Source: an archaeon
Lineage (GTDB): Archaea > Micrarchaeota > Micrarchaeia > Anstonellales > Bilamarchaeaceae
DNA: 64,000 bases
NCBI GenBank assembly: GCA_020053355.1
Contig: JAGVNI010000016.1
Coordinates: 31,694-95,693, forward strand
Direction: 5' to 3'
The translations under genes were made by a program, and so were the position numbers. Of the stretch, positions 1-9,409 are shown piece after piece. The notes beneath the pieces are model-generated. The model was given only the letters and a program-made list of their open reading frames with translations, had not been told where the DNA came from and searched no databases. Every line of letters begins with the position of its first letter. Positions within the stretch are counted from its first letter, which is position 1.

Positions 1-191
1 ATGCGGCACATCCTTTCCTTGCCGTCCTTGCAGGCGACCTTCATTCTTGATCCGCCCATCAGGCCGAGAACTATTCCCAGGGTCTCTCCTTCGCGGGGGA
101 ACCTGAGCCTTCTCCTTTCCTCATCCCTGCTTAAGGGCGGGGCGCCTCCGCCTGGTTTCTTCTTTGCGCCGCCACGGTATCCAAATGCCAA
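1..191 (-). CDS. eif1a: Translation initiation factor aIF-1A (N-terminal part; runs off the window edge)
   Basis: Not in the ORF track. Manual minus-strand translation from TTG at 191: (M)AFGYRGGAKKKPGGGAPPLSRDEERRRLRFPREGETLGIVLGLMGGSRMKVACKDGKERMCR, the typical eIF1A OB-fold start. AGGTGA RBS upstream. Confidence 0.9.
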   Translation of the reverse strand, partial: MAFGYRGGAKKKPGGGAPPLSRDEERRRLRFPREGETLGIVLGLMGGSRMKVACKDGKERMCR

Positions 192-242
192 ACCATATCA
201 CCTTAACACGATGTTTTAGGGCGCCTTTTCCTAAAAGGCGCA

Positions 243-659
243 TCATCTGACTGCTTTCCTTGCGCCGCACGCCTCGCATACGAGGTTGCGCACGCGGTGG
301 CCCAGATCCTCCAGGTGGGTATCCGGCCTGTTGCATTCCTTGCAAATGACATACTTGCCTACGAACTCCTCGAGCTTCCGATTCACCATGTCGCCGGTAA
401 GCTTCCTCTGGAGGACTAGCCGCTCGCCGACGACTTCGACCGGAACGGCCATCTCTTTCGAGAGGTGCTTCGACACTAAAACCGGGTCGCGCCGTATCTT
501 GTCGCAGACTGCCTTGAAGTTCTTGATTATCGTCTTGTTGCCCTCTGTGAAGAAATCGAAACGCGGCATCTCAAAGCGCTCGCCGGTGCCCGTGGTCCGC
601 TCGGGCAGCTTCTTGTATATGTCGTCAAGTAGGGATTCGTAATCTTTCTCAGAACTCAT
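243..659 (-). CDS. eif2b: Translation initiation factor aIF-2 beta subunit
   Basis: YESLLDDIY..LP...ERFEMP, GNKTIIKNF and a C-terminal zinc ribbon YVICKECNRPDT...CEACGA. Confidence 0.95.
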   Translation of the reverse strand: MSSEKDYESLLDDIYKKLPERTTGTGERFEMPRFDFFTEGNKTIIKNFKAVCDKIRRDPVLVSKHLSKEMAVPVEVVGERLVLQRKLTGDMVNRKLEEFVGKYVICKECNRPDTHLEDLGHRVRNLVCEACGARKAVR

Positions 660-719
660 ATATGAGATTAACAAGTAATGCTTTATAATCTCTCTCGTTG
701 GGCGCCCGGGTGCGATGAT

Positions 720-1970
720 TCAGGTGCCTTCCTCCCAGCTGTGGAGGTACTTCTCCTGCTCTTTTGTGAGCGTGTCCTTCCGCACGCCCATGGCTTCGAG
801 CTGCAGTTCCGCAATCCTGTCATCGATGGCATGGGGCAGGGTAATGACGCCGGGCTTCAGCTTCCCCCTGTTTTTCACCAGGTATTCGCATGCCAGGGAC
901 TGGCCTGCGAACGATGTCGCCATCACCTCGCTGGGGTGGCCTTCGGCCGCGGCCAGGTTGATGAGCCTGCCTTCGCCGCAGAGGAATACCTTCTTTCCGG
1001 CAACGTCATACTCGTCCAGGAACGGCCGAATCCTCCTCTTCTTGAATTCCTTGTTCATCGAAGCCACATCAACCTCGCAGTCGAAGTGCCCCGAGTTCGC
1101 GAGAATAGCCCCGTCCTTCATCTTTTTGATATGCTCAAGGCGTATCACGTCCTTGTCTCCTGTCACTGTCAGGAATATGTCCCCGATGATTGCAGCTTCG
1201 GCAATCGGCAGGACGCGGTATCCATCGAGCGTTGCAGTCAGCGCCCTAAAAGCGTCGACTTCAGTGACGACTACCTGGGCGCCCATGCCCTTTGCCCGGA
1301 GGGCGACCCCCTTGCCGCAGTCCCCGTAGCCGCATACGACAAAAACCTTGCCTGCAATCAGCGTGTTCGTCGCCCTGAGGATGCCGTCGATGGTCGACTG
1401 CCCCGTGCCGTAATAATTGTCAAGAAGGTGCTTGGTCTTGTTGTCGTTGACCGCGACCACCGGATATTTGAGCGCCGAATCCGCCTCCATCGCCCTGAGC
1501 CTTATGACCCCCGTGGTGGTCTCCTCGCACCCGCCAATCAGCCGGCCGAGCATGTCCTTGTGCTTTGTGTGCAGGGCGTTGACCAGGTCGCAGCCATCGT
1601 CTATCGTCAGGTCCGGCTTGTGCCTGATGACCTCCTCTATATACCTGTAATATTCCTCCTTCGTCTCGCCTTTTTTCGCATATACCGCGACGCCTTCGGC
1701 GGCAAGCGCGGCCGCGACGTCATCCTGCGTCGAAAGCGGGTTGCAGCCGGCTATGGCCACAACCGCCCCCCCTGCCCGGAGCGCGCGCACCAGCACCGCG
1801 GTCTCCTTGGTCACATGCAGGGCCATGCCGATGCTGTGCCCCTTAAACGGCAGCTCTTTCTCAAACCTCTTCCTCAGCATGAGCATTATCGGCATGTTGC
1901 GCTCCGCGTACTCGATATTGAGCTTTCCCTGCCCGGCAAGGGACATGTCCCGCACTTCATAATCAGCCAT
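720..1970 (-). CDS. ahcY: Adenosylhomocysteinase
   Basis: Signature motifs GCNPLSTQD, EETTTGV, DNYYGTGQS, GYGDCGKG, GRLINLAAAEGHP. Confidence 0.97.
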   Translation of the reverse strand: MADYEVRDMSLAGQGKLNIEYAERNMPIMLMLRKRFEKELPFKGHSIGMALHVTKETAVLVRALRAGGAVVAIAGCNPLSTQDDVAAALAAEGVAVYAKKGETKEEYYRYIEEVIRHKPDLTIDDGCDLVNALHTKHKDMLGRLIGGCEETTTGVIRLRAMEADSALKYPVVAVNDNKTKHLLDNYYGTGQSTIDGILRATNTLIAGKVFVVCGYGDCGKGVALRAKGMGAQVVVTEVDAFRALTATLDGYRVLPIAEAAIIGDIFLTVTGDKDVIRLEHIKKMKDGAILANSGHFDCEVDVASMNKEFKKRRIRPFLDEYDVAGKKVFLCGEGRLINLAAAEGHPSEVMATSFAGQSLACEYLVKNRGKLKPGVITLPHAIDDRIAELQLEAMGVRKDTLTKEQEKYLHSWEEGT

Positions 1971-2083
1971 GGGTTGGATTTCCCACCCAAGGATTTTAAA
2001 GATGAGTCGCGTAGCTGCTTACGACGCTGACCATCACACATATCCATTTAAATATATATCCGGATATAGATATATCGTTTATC

Positions 2084-2443
2084 ATGCTTATCCATCCACC
2101 CTCAGCAAAAACAAGGAAGGCCTTCGAGAAACTGGCCTTGCGCCATATGTTCTCGACTTTCCTCCTTTGGTTCATCTCGAAGCACAAGGTGCACGGATAT
2201 GAATTGATTAAAAGGTTTGAGAAGGAAGAGGGATTCAGGGTCACCACCGCCAGCCAGCTTTATCCGATGCTGAAGTCTCTCCTGAACCAGGGGCTCCTGG
2301 CGCAGGAGAAAGAGATGCAGGGCAAGCGGGCGAGGAAGATTTACCGGATAACCCCGAAGGGGAGGGCGCTTCTTTCGGAAGCGAAGAGGTGCATGCACCA
2401 GAACCCCCTGAAGCTGGAGTTTTTACGGGAGATGGTCTCATGA
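2084..2443 (+). CDS. PadR-family transcriptional regulator
   Basis: HGYELIK...SQLYPMLKSL...RARKIYRITPKG; ATGA overlap with the next gene. Confidence 0.9.
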   Translation: MLIHPPSAKTRKAFEKLALRHMFSTFLLWFISKHKVHGYELIKRFEKEEGFRVTTASQLYPMLKSLLNQGLLAQEKEMQGKRARKIYRITPKGRALLSEAKRCMHQNPLKLEFLREMVS

Positions 2444-3126
2444 GCGCCGGAAACGAAATCATACGGCTTGACAAAATCCGGAAAATCTACCCCATGGGCA
2501 AGGGCGTGACTGTCGAAGCCCTGCGCGGGGTGGACCTGGTCATCAAGAATGGGGAGTTTGTTTCCATCCTGGGCCCAAGCGGCTCGGGCAAATCCACGCT
2601 CCTCCACATGATAGGCATCCTGGACAGCCCGACATCCGGCACGCGGTACGTCGACGGAATCGAGACCAGCCGGATGAGCGAGGACGAGCAGGCGCGCATC
2701 CGGGGCCTGAAAATCGGATTCATCTTCCAGACGTTCAACCTGATACCGAGCCTGACCGCGCTTGAAAACGTGGAATTGCCGCTCATGCTCTGCCGGGGCA
2801 GCTGCCCCGGGCGCAGGGGGAAGGCGGCGGCGCTCCTTAAGCAGGTCGGCCTCGGCGAGAGGCTGAACCACCACCCGAACGAGCTTTCAGGGGGCCAGAG
2901 GCAGAGGGTGGCGATAGCGAGGGCGCTTGTGAACGAGCCTGAACTGATACTCGCCGACGAGCCCACCGGGAACCTGGATTCCAAGACCGGGCACGAGATA
3001 CTGACGCTCCTTAAAACCCTGCACGACCAGGGGAGGACGGTTGTGATTATCACGCACGACCAGTACATCACCAAGATGACTGACCGTGTAATCCGGATAA
3101 AAGACGGAATGATAGAGAAAGTGTGA
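2440..3126 (+). CDS. ABC transporter ATP-binding protein (LolD/MacB type)
   Basis: Walker A GPSGSGKST, LSGGQRQR, ADEPTGNLD. Confidence 0.95.
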   Translation: MSAGNEIIRLDKIRKIYPMGKGVTVEALRGVDLVIKNGEFVSILGPSGSGKSTLLHMIGILDSPTSGTRYVDGIETSRMSEDEQARIRGLKIGFIFQTFNLIPSLTALENVELPLMLCRGSCPGRRGKAAALLKQVGLGERLNHHPNELSGGQRQRVAIARALVNEPELILADEPTGNLDSKTGHEILTLLKTLHDQGRTVVIITHDQYITKMTDRVIRIKDGMIEKV

Positions 3127-3146
3127 AAACCAAAAGGTGTGAATAT

Positions 3147-4697
3147 ATGAACTCGAAGATGCTTTTTGCTGTGCTATTGGCGTTCGGCGTCGCATTCGCC
3201 GGGCTTTCTGTGGATAACTACGTGGTCTCGAAGACGCAATACGAGCCCAACGAGCCCGGGATTGCGACGGTTACCGTTTCAAACCCGACAGGCTCCGAGC
3301 GCATCTCATCGATTACGATGTCGATTGAGAACCCGCCCGAAATCGCGGTCACAAGCGCGCCGAAGATGTCGGACATCGACGCCGGCGGCTCGGCCATCGT
3401 TTCCATCCCCTTCCGGGTGAAGGCTGACGCGCGGCCGGGCATCTACCTATTGAACGTCGTGTTCAGCGGCTACAAGCAGTCCGGCGGGACCTCCACGACC
3501 TCGACCAACACAGTCTCGATACCGATTACCGTGTTGAATGCGCCAGACCTTTCATTCTCGGTTGATGATACGGCTTTATCAGGGATTAACTTTGTCCAGC
3601 TTACGATTAGCAACAATGGCGGGGATGCTAAGAAGGTCAAGATTAGTATTCCAACCTCGACCGGGTCAGTAATGTCAAGTACCTATGGTGGATCAACCTC
3701 GGTTTCAGGTTCGAATACATCCACGCAACAAATTTCCGCATCTCAAATCGCATTTTTTGGTATTGATTCAATATACGTCGGCAGTATCGATGGGGGAAAG
3801 AATGTAGCCTTAAATGTTACTCTAGATTCCCGTTCTGCAGACGATGGCGCTAATGACATGCCAATTTTTTACTTTTTTGATGATGAATTGGGTATGACTC
3901 ACTCCGCATATTCAAACCTGCGCATGAATGTTCGCAACGAGAAGCTGGACTTGAAATTCGACCAGACGAGTTCGCTCGTCACCAAGAGGGAGAGCAACCT
4001 GTCATTCACTGTCCGCAACGACGGTGCCGAGTCCCTCAAGGATGTGCGCCTCTCCTTCCCCAACGACACGCTTCGCCTGAAAGACTCGGGCGAGATGAAA
4101 TTCGGCGACATAGCGCCCGGCGAGTCCGCCACCGCTTCGGTGGTGGCTTTCGCCGAGCTTCCGCCGGGAGTGAACCCGGTGGGCGCGGAAATCAGCTGGA
4201 TTGAGAGGGATGTGCAGAAAACCGAGAGCAGGCAGTTGCCGATTACCATAACATCCGATGCGGACGTGGGCGTCTACCTCGAGGCCAAGCCCCTGCCGCT
4301 GACCCTCGGCTCAGAGCACACAATCTCTGTTCTGGTGTCGAATTTGGGCTCATACCGGATTGACAATGTGGACGTTTCCATAGCGTCCCCGGCCTTCCGC
4401 TCTATGGACATCTCCGAGAGGCAGTACATCGGAAGCCTGCAGAACGACGATTTCTCCACCGTGCAGTTCTTGGTTGCCGTGAATGCGACTTCGGAGGGTT
4501 CCGTGCCGGTCAAGATAACCGTCAACTACCGTGACCAGTCCGGCGAATGGAAGACCAAGGTCATCAACCAGGACGTTAGCGTCTACAACCCGCCTGTGGC
4601 CGATGGGAGCCCAATCCCGATAGTCGGGGGCATCGTCGTGCTCGCAATCGCGGTGTGGTTTTTCTTCCTGCGGAAGAAGAACCCGAACGGCGGCTGA
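3147..4697 (+). CDS. COG1361-like S-layer/Ig-repeat surface protein
   Basis: Signal peptide; repeated beta-rich modules (xNxG..., GDIAPGES, YIGSL..DD); C-terminal TM helix followed by RKK; sits between ABC ATPase and permeases. Confidence 0.8.
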   Translation: MNSKMLFAVLLAFGVAFAGLSVDNYVVSKTQYEPNEPGIATVTVSNPTGSERISSITMSIENPPEIAVTSAPKMSDIDAGGSAIVSIPFRVKADARPGIYLLNVVFSGYKQSGGTSTTSTNTVSIPITVLNAPDLSFSVDDTALSGINFVQLTISNNGGDAKKVKISIPTSTGSVMSSTYGGSTSVSGSNTSTQQISASQIAFFGIDSIYVGSIDGGKNVALNVTLDSRSADDGANDMPIFYFFDDELGMTHSAYSNLRMNVRNEKLDLKFDQTSSLVTKRESNLSFTVRNDGAESLKDVRLSFPNDTLRLKDSGEMKFGDIAPGESATASVVAFAELPPGVNPVGAEISWIERDVQKTESRQLPITITSDADVGVYLEAKPLPLTLGSEHTISVLVSNLGSYRIDNVDVSIASPAFRSMDISERQYIGSLQNDDFSTVQFLVAVNATSEGSVPVKITVNYRDQSGEWKTKVINQDVSVYNPPVADGSPIPIVGGIVVLAIAVWFFFLRKKNPNGG

Positions 4698-4778
4698 TAT
4701 GGATATGGGATGCCAAATTCAGCGGATATTTGGCGGGGGAGCGATTCCCCCCCCAAAATGCCGGTTCAGGGGTGCCGG

Positions 4779-5990
4779 ATGAACCTGGGAGAGATGGCTT
4801 ACTACAGCACGGATTACCTCCAGCACCATAAGCTCAGGACTTTCCTGACGATACTCGGGATAGTGGTAGGCATTTCCTCGGTCATCCTGCTGGTCGGCCT
4901 GGTGCAGGGCCTCAAGGTCGATATCCTCAAGCAGCTCGAGGATTTCGGGCCAAGGACCATCATAATATCGCCAGCCAGCGCGACCGGGAGCGCCGGCTCA
5001 GGGATGTCGTCCTTCGTCCCCACCAAGGGGAAGCTTTTCGAAAAGGATTATGAGCGCATCAAGCGCCTCCCCGACATCCAGAGCATCACTAAAATCATTT
5101 CCTCCCAGGCTACGCTCACATTCAAGAACGAGTCGATAAGCGGTTCGGTATACGGGATAGAGGCCGGGCTTTTCGACGATACCGTGCCTGTGGAGGTGGA
5201 TTCCGGGCGGTTCCTTGAAACCTCCGACCGGGGAATAGCCGGCCTCGGCCATGACATCGCGACTGGGTTCGAAACCGACGTGCAGACACAGTCTAGCATA
5301 TACATATCCGAAAAGAAATTCAAGGTCATCGGGGTCCTCAAGCCAACCGGCAATTCCTTTGCCCCGATGGACAGCGTCGTATTCATCCCCTTCGATGACG
5401 CCCGCAGCCTCTTCAACAACAGCCTGGTCGAAGGCGAGATATCCGCCATACGGCTCACCCTCAAGGAGGGGAGCGACGTGGATGCCGATGCGGAATGGAT
5501 AACGGACCAGCTGATGGCCTCGCACCGGGTCACGAACGATACGAAAGATTTCACCGTGATCACCCCGAAATTCATCAACGACCGCTTCACGACCGTGATG
5601 GACCTTCTCACGCTGTTCCTGAGCGCAATCGCCTCCATCTCGCTGATTGTGGGCGGCATCGGGATAATGAACACCATGTTCATGAGCGTCCTTGAGCGTC
5701 GCCGGGAAATCGGCACGATGAAGGCAATCGGCGCTACGACCGAGCAAATCCGCAACCTTTTCATCGTCGAATCGGGCATGCTCGGGTTCGCAGGGGGCGC
5801 AATCGGCCTGCTGACCGCCGTCGGAATCGGGTATGCCCTCATTTTCCTGTTCAACCTGACATTCGTATTCGACCCCCTCGTTATCGGGGGCTCAATCGCT
5901 TTCTCGATAACCCTGGGCCTGGTATCCGGCACCAAGCCGGCAATAGACGCGGCGAAGATTGACCCCATCGAAGCGCTGAGGTATGAGTAG
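4779..5990 (+). CDS. ABC transporter permease (MacB/FtsX family)
   Basis: KLRTFLTILGIVVG, GIMNTMFMSVLERRREIG, C-terminal DPIEALRYE. Confidence 0.93.
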   Translation: MNLGEMAYYSTDYLQHHKLRTFLTILGIVVGISSVILLVGLVQGLKVDILKQLEDFGPRTIIISPASATGSAGSGMSSFVPTKGKLFEKDYERIKRLPDIQSITKIISSQATLTFKNESISGSVYGIEAGLFDDTVPVEVDSGRFLETSDRGIAGLGHDIATGFETDVQTQSSIYISEKKFKVIGVLKPTGNSFAPMDSVVFIPFDDARSLFNNSLVEGEISAIRLTLKEGSDVDADAEWITDQLMASHRVTNDTKDFTVITPKFINDRFTTVMDLLTLFLSAIASISLIVGGIGIMNTMFMSVLERRREIGTMKAIGATTEQIRNLFIVESGMLGFAGGAIGLLTAVGIGYALIFLFNLTFVFDPLVIGGSIAFSITLGLVSGTKPAIDAAKIDPIEALRYE

Positions 5991-7217
5991 ATGAACCTCC
6001 TTGAAGCCGCACGGTATTCGTTCAACAACCTGGTCAGGCGCAGCCTGCGCAGCTGGCTGACCATACTCGGCATGGTCATCGGCGTGATGGCCATCGTGGT
6101 CATCCTGTCAATCAGCGAAGGGTTCAACCGGGAAATAAACACCCAGATGTCAGCCTTCGGCGCCGACATGATGTTCGTTTACCCGATTGCCGACCTGGAA
6201 TCCGCGTTCTCCGGCGGTAGCTCCGGGCTGCTCACGACCAGCGGAAAGCTGAGGCAGGCCGATGTGGACGATATCCAGAACATCCCGGGAGTGAAAGACG
6301 TGGCCCGGTCCTTATACGGCCGGGCGAGCATCTCATTCAAGGATAAGAACATCACGGGTTTCATCGTCGGGACCGACAAGGAGATGTTCGACATGTATCC
6401 CACCTACATTGAGGTGGAATCCGGCCGGGTGTTCAAGAACGGGGAGCGCAACGTCGCGTTCTTCGGGGCGGACGCCGCGAACAACCTTTTCGGGAAAGAC
6501 AAGGTCCAGGTCGGGAGCATCGTGCAGATGAACGGCAAGAATTTCCGCGTCGTAGGGGTCCAGAAGCGCATCGGGACTTCCCTATCCGCTTCGGACGATT
6601 CCCAGATATACGTCACATTCGACGACGCCCGGGACATGTTCAGGGGCCAGTACCTCGAAGACGAAGTCGGGTTCATCATGGTCCAGGTCGACTCGGGCTT
6701 CAAGCCTGACGAGATAAAAGACGCCATCGAGCGGAAAATCTCCGCGAACCACCGCCTAAGAGTCGCAGACAAGGACTTCTCAGTCATCACGTCCGACCAG
6801 ATATCCGAGATTGTCGGCACGATACTCCTCAGCATCCAGCTCGTTTTGGGGGCCGTCACCCTGATTGCGTCCGTGGTCGGGGCAATCGGCATCGCGAACA
6901 CGATGTTCATGAACGTCCTCGAGCGCATCCGGGAAATCGGAATTCTCAAGTCAGTCGGCGCGACAAAAAACGACATCCTGATGCTGTTCCTTATAGAAAG
7001 CGCGATTATCGGGTTCGCCGGGGGGTTAATCGGCCTCGTGCTGGGATACGCCCTCCTCCAGGTCCTCGTGGACCTATTCAGCGTCCCCGCATTCCTTCGC
7101 CTGCGCATAATAGCATTCGTATTCATCTTCTCCATAGGGACCGGAGTCCTTGCCGGAATTATCCCCTCCTGGAGGGCCGCCAAAATGGACCCTGTCGAAG
7201 CGCTGAGCTACGATTAA
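5991..7217 (+). CDS. ABC transporter permease (MacB/FtsX family), second subunit
   Basis: LRSWLTILG, GIANTMFMNVLERIREIG, DPVEALSYD. Confidence 0.93.
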   Translation: MNLLEAARYSFNNLVRRSLRSWLTILGMVIGVMAIVVILSISEGFNREINTQMSAFGADMMFVYPIADLESAFSGGSSGLLTTSGKLRQADVDDIQNIPGVKDVARSLYGRASISFKDKNITGFIVGTDKEMFDMYPTYIEVESGRVFKNGERNVAFFGADAANNLFGKDKVQVGSIVQMNGKNFRVVGVQKRIGTSLSASDDSQIYVTFDDARDMFRGQYLEDEVGFIMVQVDSGFKPDEIKDAIERKISANHRLRVADKDFSVITSDQISEIVGTILLSIQLVLGAVTLIASVVGAIGIANTMFMNVLERIREIGILKSVGATKNDILMLFLIESAIIGFAGGLIGLVLGYALLQVLVDLFSVPAFLRLRIIAFVFIFSIGTGVLAGIIPSWRAAKMDPVEALSYD

Positions 7218-7309
7218 TCCCGCGCACCATCCACTTTGCGCCATCGTTGCTGACCAAAACCCAGTTACCTATATATTCCTTGCTATTTCAAGTGAGAAAT
7301 CAGATTCCT

Positions 7310-9409
7310 ATGGAGCTTATTGTTGCAGAAAAACCAAGGGTAGCAGAAAAAATCGCCATGGCCCTCGGCGAGAAGGTGGAAAAGAAAGGCCACAACGGCG
7401 TGTCATATTACGAGACGACCCGGGACGGGAATGAAATCACCATCGCGCCAGCAGTCGGCCATGTCTATACGCTCGTGGAGCGCGAGCGAACGCGCACATA
7501 CCCGGTTTTCGACATCGAGTGGGTGCCGTCGTATACCGCTTCGAAGGGCGCGGCTTATACGAAGGGGTACGTGGAGCTGCTCCAGAAACTCGGGAAGAAG
7601 GCGGATGTCTTCGTCTCAGCGTGCGACTACGACATCGAAGGCAGCACGATAGCGTACAACGTCTTCCGTTTCGCCACAACAATCCGCGAAGGCAAGAGGA
7701 TGAAGTTCTCCGCCCTTACCAAGGAGGACCTGTCATCCGCCTACGATGAGCGGACCGATTTCGACTACAACAACGCATTCGCCGGGGAGACCCGCCATAT
7801 AATAGACTGGTTCTACGGCATCAACCTCAGCCGCGCCCTGATGGGCGCGCTGCACAAGGCCCATGGCTACCGCGTGCTTTCGATAGGCCGCGTCCAGGGG
7901 CCCGGCCTCATGCTGCTCTCTGATTTGGAAAAAGACATACGCGCATTCGTGCCCACCCCGTACTGGGAGCTGGGCGTCATGATAAAGGACGTGGAGTTCC
8001 TGCACAAGTCCGGCCGGTTCCTGGAGGAGGCCAAGGCGGAGCTGGCACTCGAGAGGACATCAGAGGATGGCGCTGTAAGCCTCGTGGACGTGAAGGAGCA
8101 GGAGGTCCCCGCGCAGCCGAATTTCGATTTGACCAGCCTGCAGGTCGAGGCCTTCCGCCTTTTCGGATATCCCCCTTCGCGCACCCTGGAAATCGCGCAG
8201 AACCTCTACGAAGCATCGCTGATAACATACCCGAGGACATCGTCCCAGCAGCTTCCCGCCTCAATCAAGCTCCCGCCCATCGTCTCGGCCCTGGGGGCCA
8301 ACCCGGACTACGCGCAGCTTGCGAAGAAAATCGCGGAGAACAGGTGGTACAAGCCGGTGCAGGGCAAGAAGGAGGACCCGGCCCACCCGGCAATCCACCC
8401 GACGGGGCAGAAAGGCGCGATAGGCGGGCCTGAAAAGAACATGTACGACCTGATTGTGCGCCGCTTCCTTGCGGCCTTCGCCCCGCCGGCAAAACGCCAG
8501 CGCAACAGGATCGAAGTGGACTGCGGCGGCGAAATATACGCTGCGTCCGGCAGCCGGCTGATAGAGAAGGGCTGGACGGAATTCTACGGAAAATACTACA
8601 CGCCGGAGGACGTGGAGCTCCCGCCCTTCAAAATGGGCGAGTCCGTTTCCGCCAAGTCCAAGAAGAAGACGAAGAAAGAGACCAAGCCGCCGAAAAGATA
8701 CACCCAGGCATCGATTGTCTCCGAATTGGAAAAGCGCCACCTGGGGACGAAAGCGACGCGCTCGGTGATTGTAGACACGCTCCTCAAAAGGGGCTACGCG
8801 TCCGGAGCCAAGTCCATCGAAGTAAGCGATTTCGGCATCAAGGTCACGGATGTGCTCAGAAAGTACGCCCCGGAGATTCTCGACGAGAACCTGACCCGGA
8901 AGATGGAAGACGAGATGGAGCTGATTGCCGACGGGAAACTGGACAAGGACTCCGTCATCAAGGAAAGCAGGGAAATCCTCACGCAAATCCTGGATAAATG
9001 GAAAGCGAACGAGGGGAAAATAGGCGCGGAGCTGGCCGACGCGTTGAAACTCACCCAGCAGCGCGAGAACCTCCTCGGCCCGTGCGACAAGTGCGGCGCG
9101 CAGCTGCGAATAATCCGGATGCGAGACGGCCGCCAGTTCATCGGCTGCTCCGGGTATCCGAACTGCCGGAACGCATATCCCCTTCCGCCGAAATCCGCCG
9201 TCTCTCCAGGCGCCAAGCCCTGTCCGGCCTGCGGCAAGCCCACTATCAATGTTAAAAAGGCTAGGACCAGATATAGCATGTGCATAGACCCGAATTGCCC
9301 GTCTAAAGCGAGCTGGAAGAAGCGCGGCGCCAAGGAAGAGGAACCGAAAGCCGAAAAAACCACCGAGGCGCCCAGCGCCAAAGGTGAAACCGATGAGAAA
9401 GATAGCTGA
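7310..9409 (+). CDS. topA: DNA topoisomerase IA (archaeal TopA)
   Basis: TOPRIM AEKP...DYDIEG, SIGRVQ, catalytic ITYPRT, LGTKATR, C-terminal Cys4 zinc ribbons. Confidence 0.95.
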   Translation: MELIVAEKPRVAEKIAMALGEKVEKKGHNGVSYYETTRDGNEITIAPAVGHVYTLVERERTRTYPVFDIEWVPSYTASKGAAYTKGYVELLQKLGKKADVFVSACDYDIEGSTIAYNVFRFATTIREGKRMKFSALTKEDLSSAYDERTDFDYNNAFAGETRHIIDWFYGINLSRALMGALHKAHGYRVLSIGRVQGPGLMLLSDLEKDIRAFVPTPYWELGVMIKDVEFLHKSGRFLEEAKAELALERTSEDGAVSLVDVKEQEVPAQPNFDLTSLQVEAFRLFGYPPSRTLEIAQNLYEASLITYPRTSSQQLPASIKLPPIVSALGANPDYAQLAKKIAENRWYKPVQGKKEDPAHPAIHPTGQKGAIGGPEKNMYDLIVRRFLAAFAPPAKRQRNRIEVDCGGEIYAASGSRLIEKGWTEFYGKYYTPEDVELPPFKMGESVSAKSKKKTKKETKPPKRYTQASIVSELEKRHLGTKATRSVIVDTLLKRGYASGAKSIEVSDFGIKVTDVLRKYAPEILDENLTRKMEDEMELIADGKLDKDSVIKESREILTQILDKWKANEGKIGAELADALKLTQQRENLLGPCDKCGAQLRIIRMRDGRQFIGCSGYPNCRNAYPLPPKSAVSPGAKPCPACGKPTINVKKARTRYSMCIDPNCPSKASWKKRGAKEEEPKAEKTTEAPSAKGETDEKDS

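Noticed and set aside
678-2030. Long antisense ORFs (450 aa here; also 5048-6169, 21326-22240, 52334-53311, 53685-54506 and others)
   Set aside because: They are antisense or alternate-frame shadows of well-supported genes in high-GC sequence and carry no motifs.
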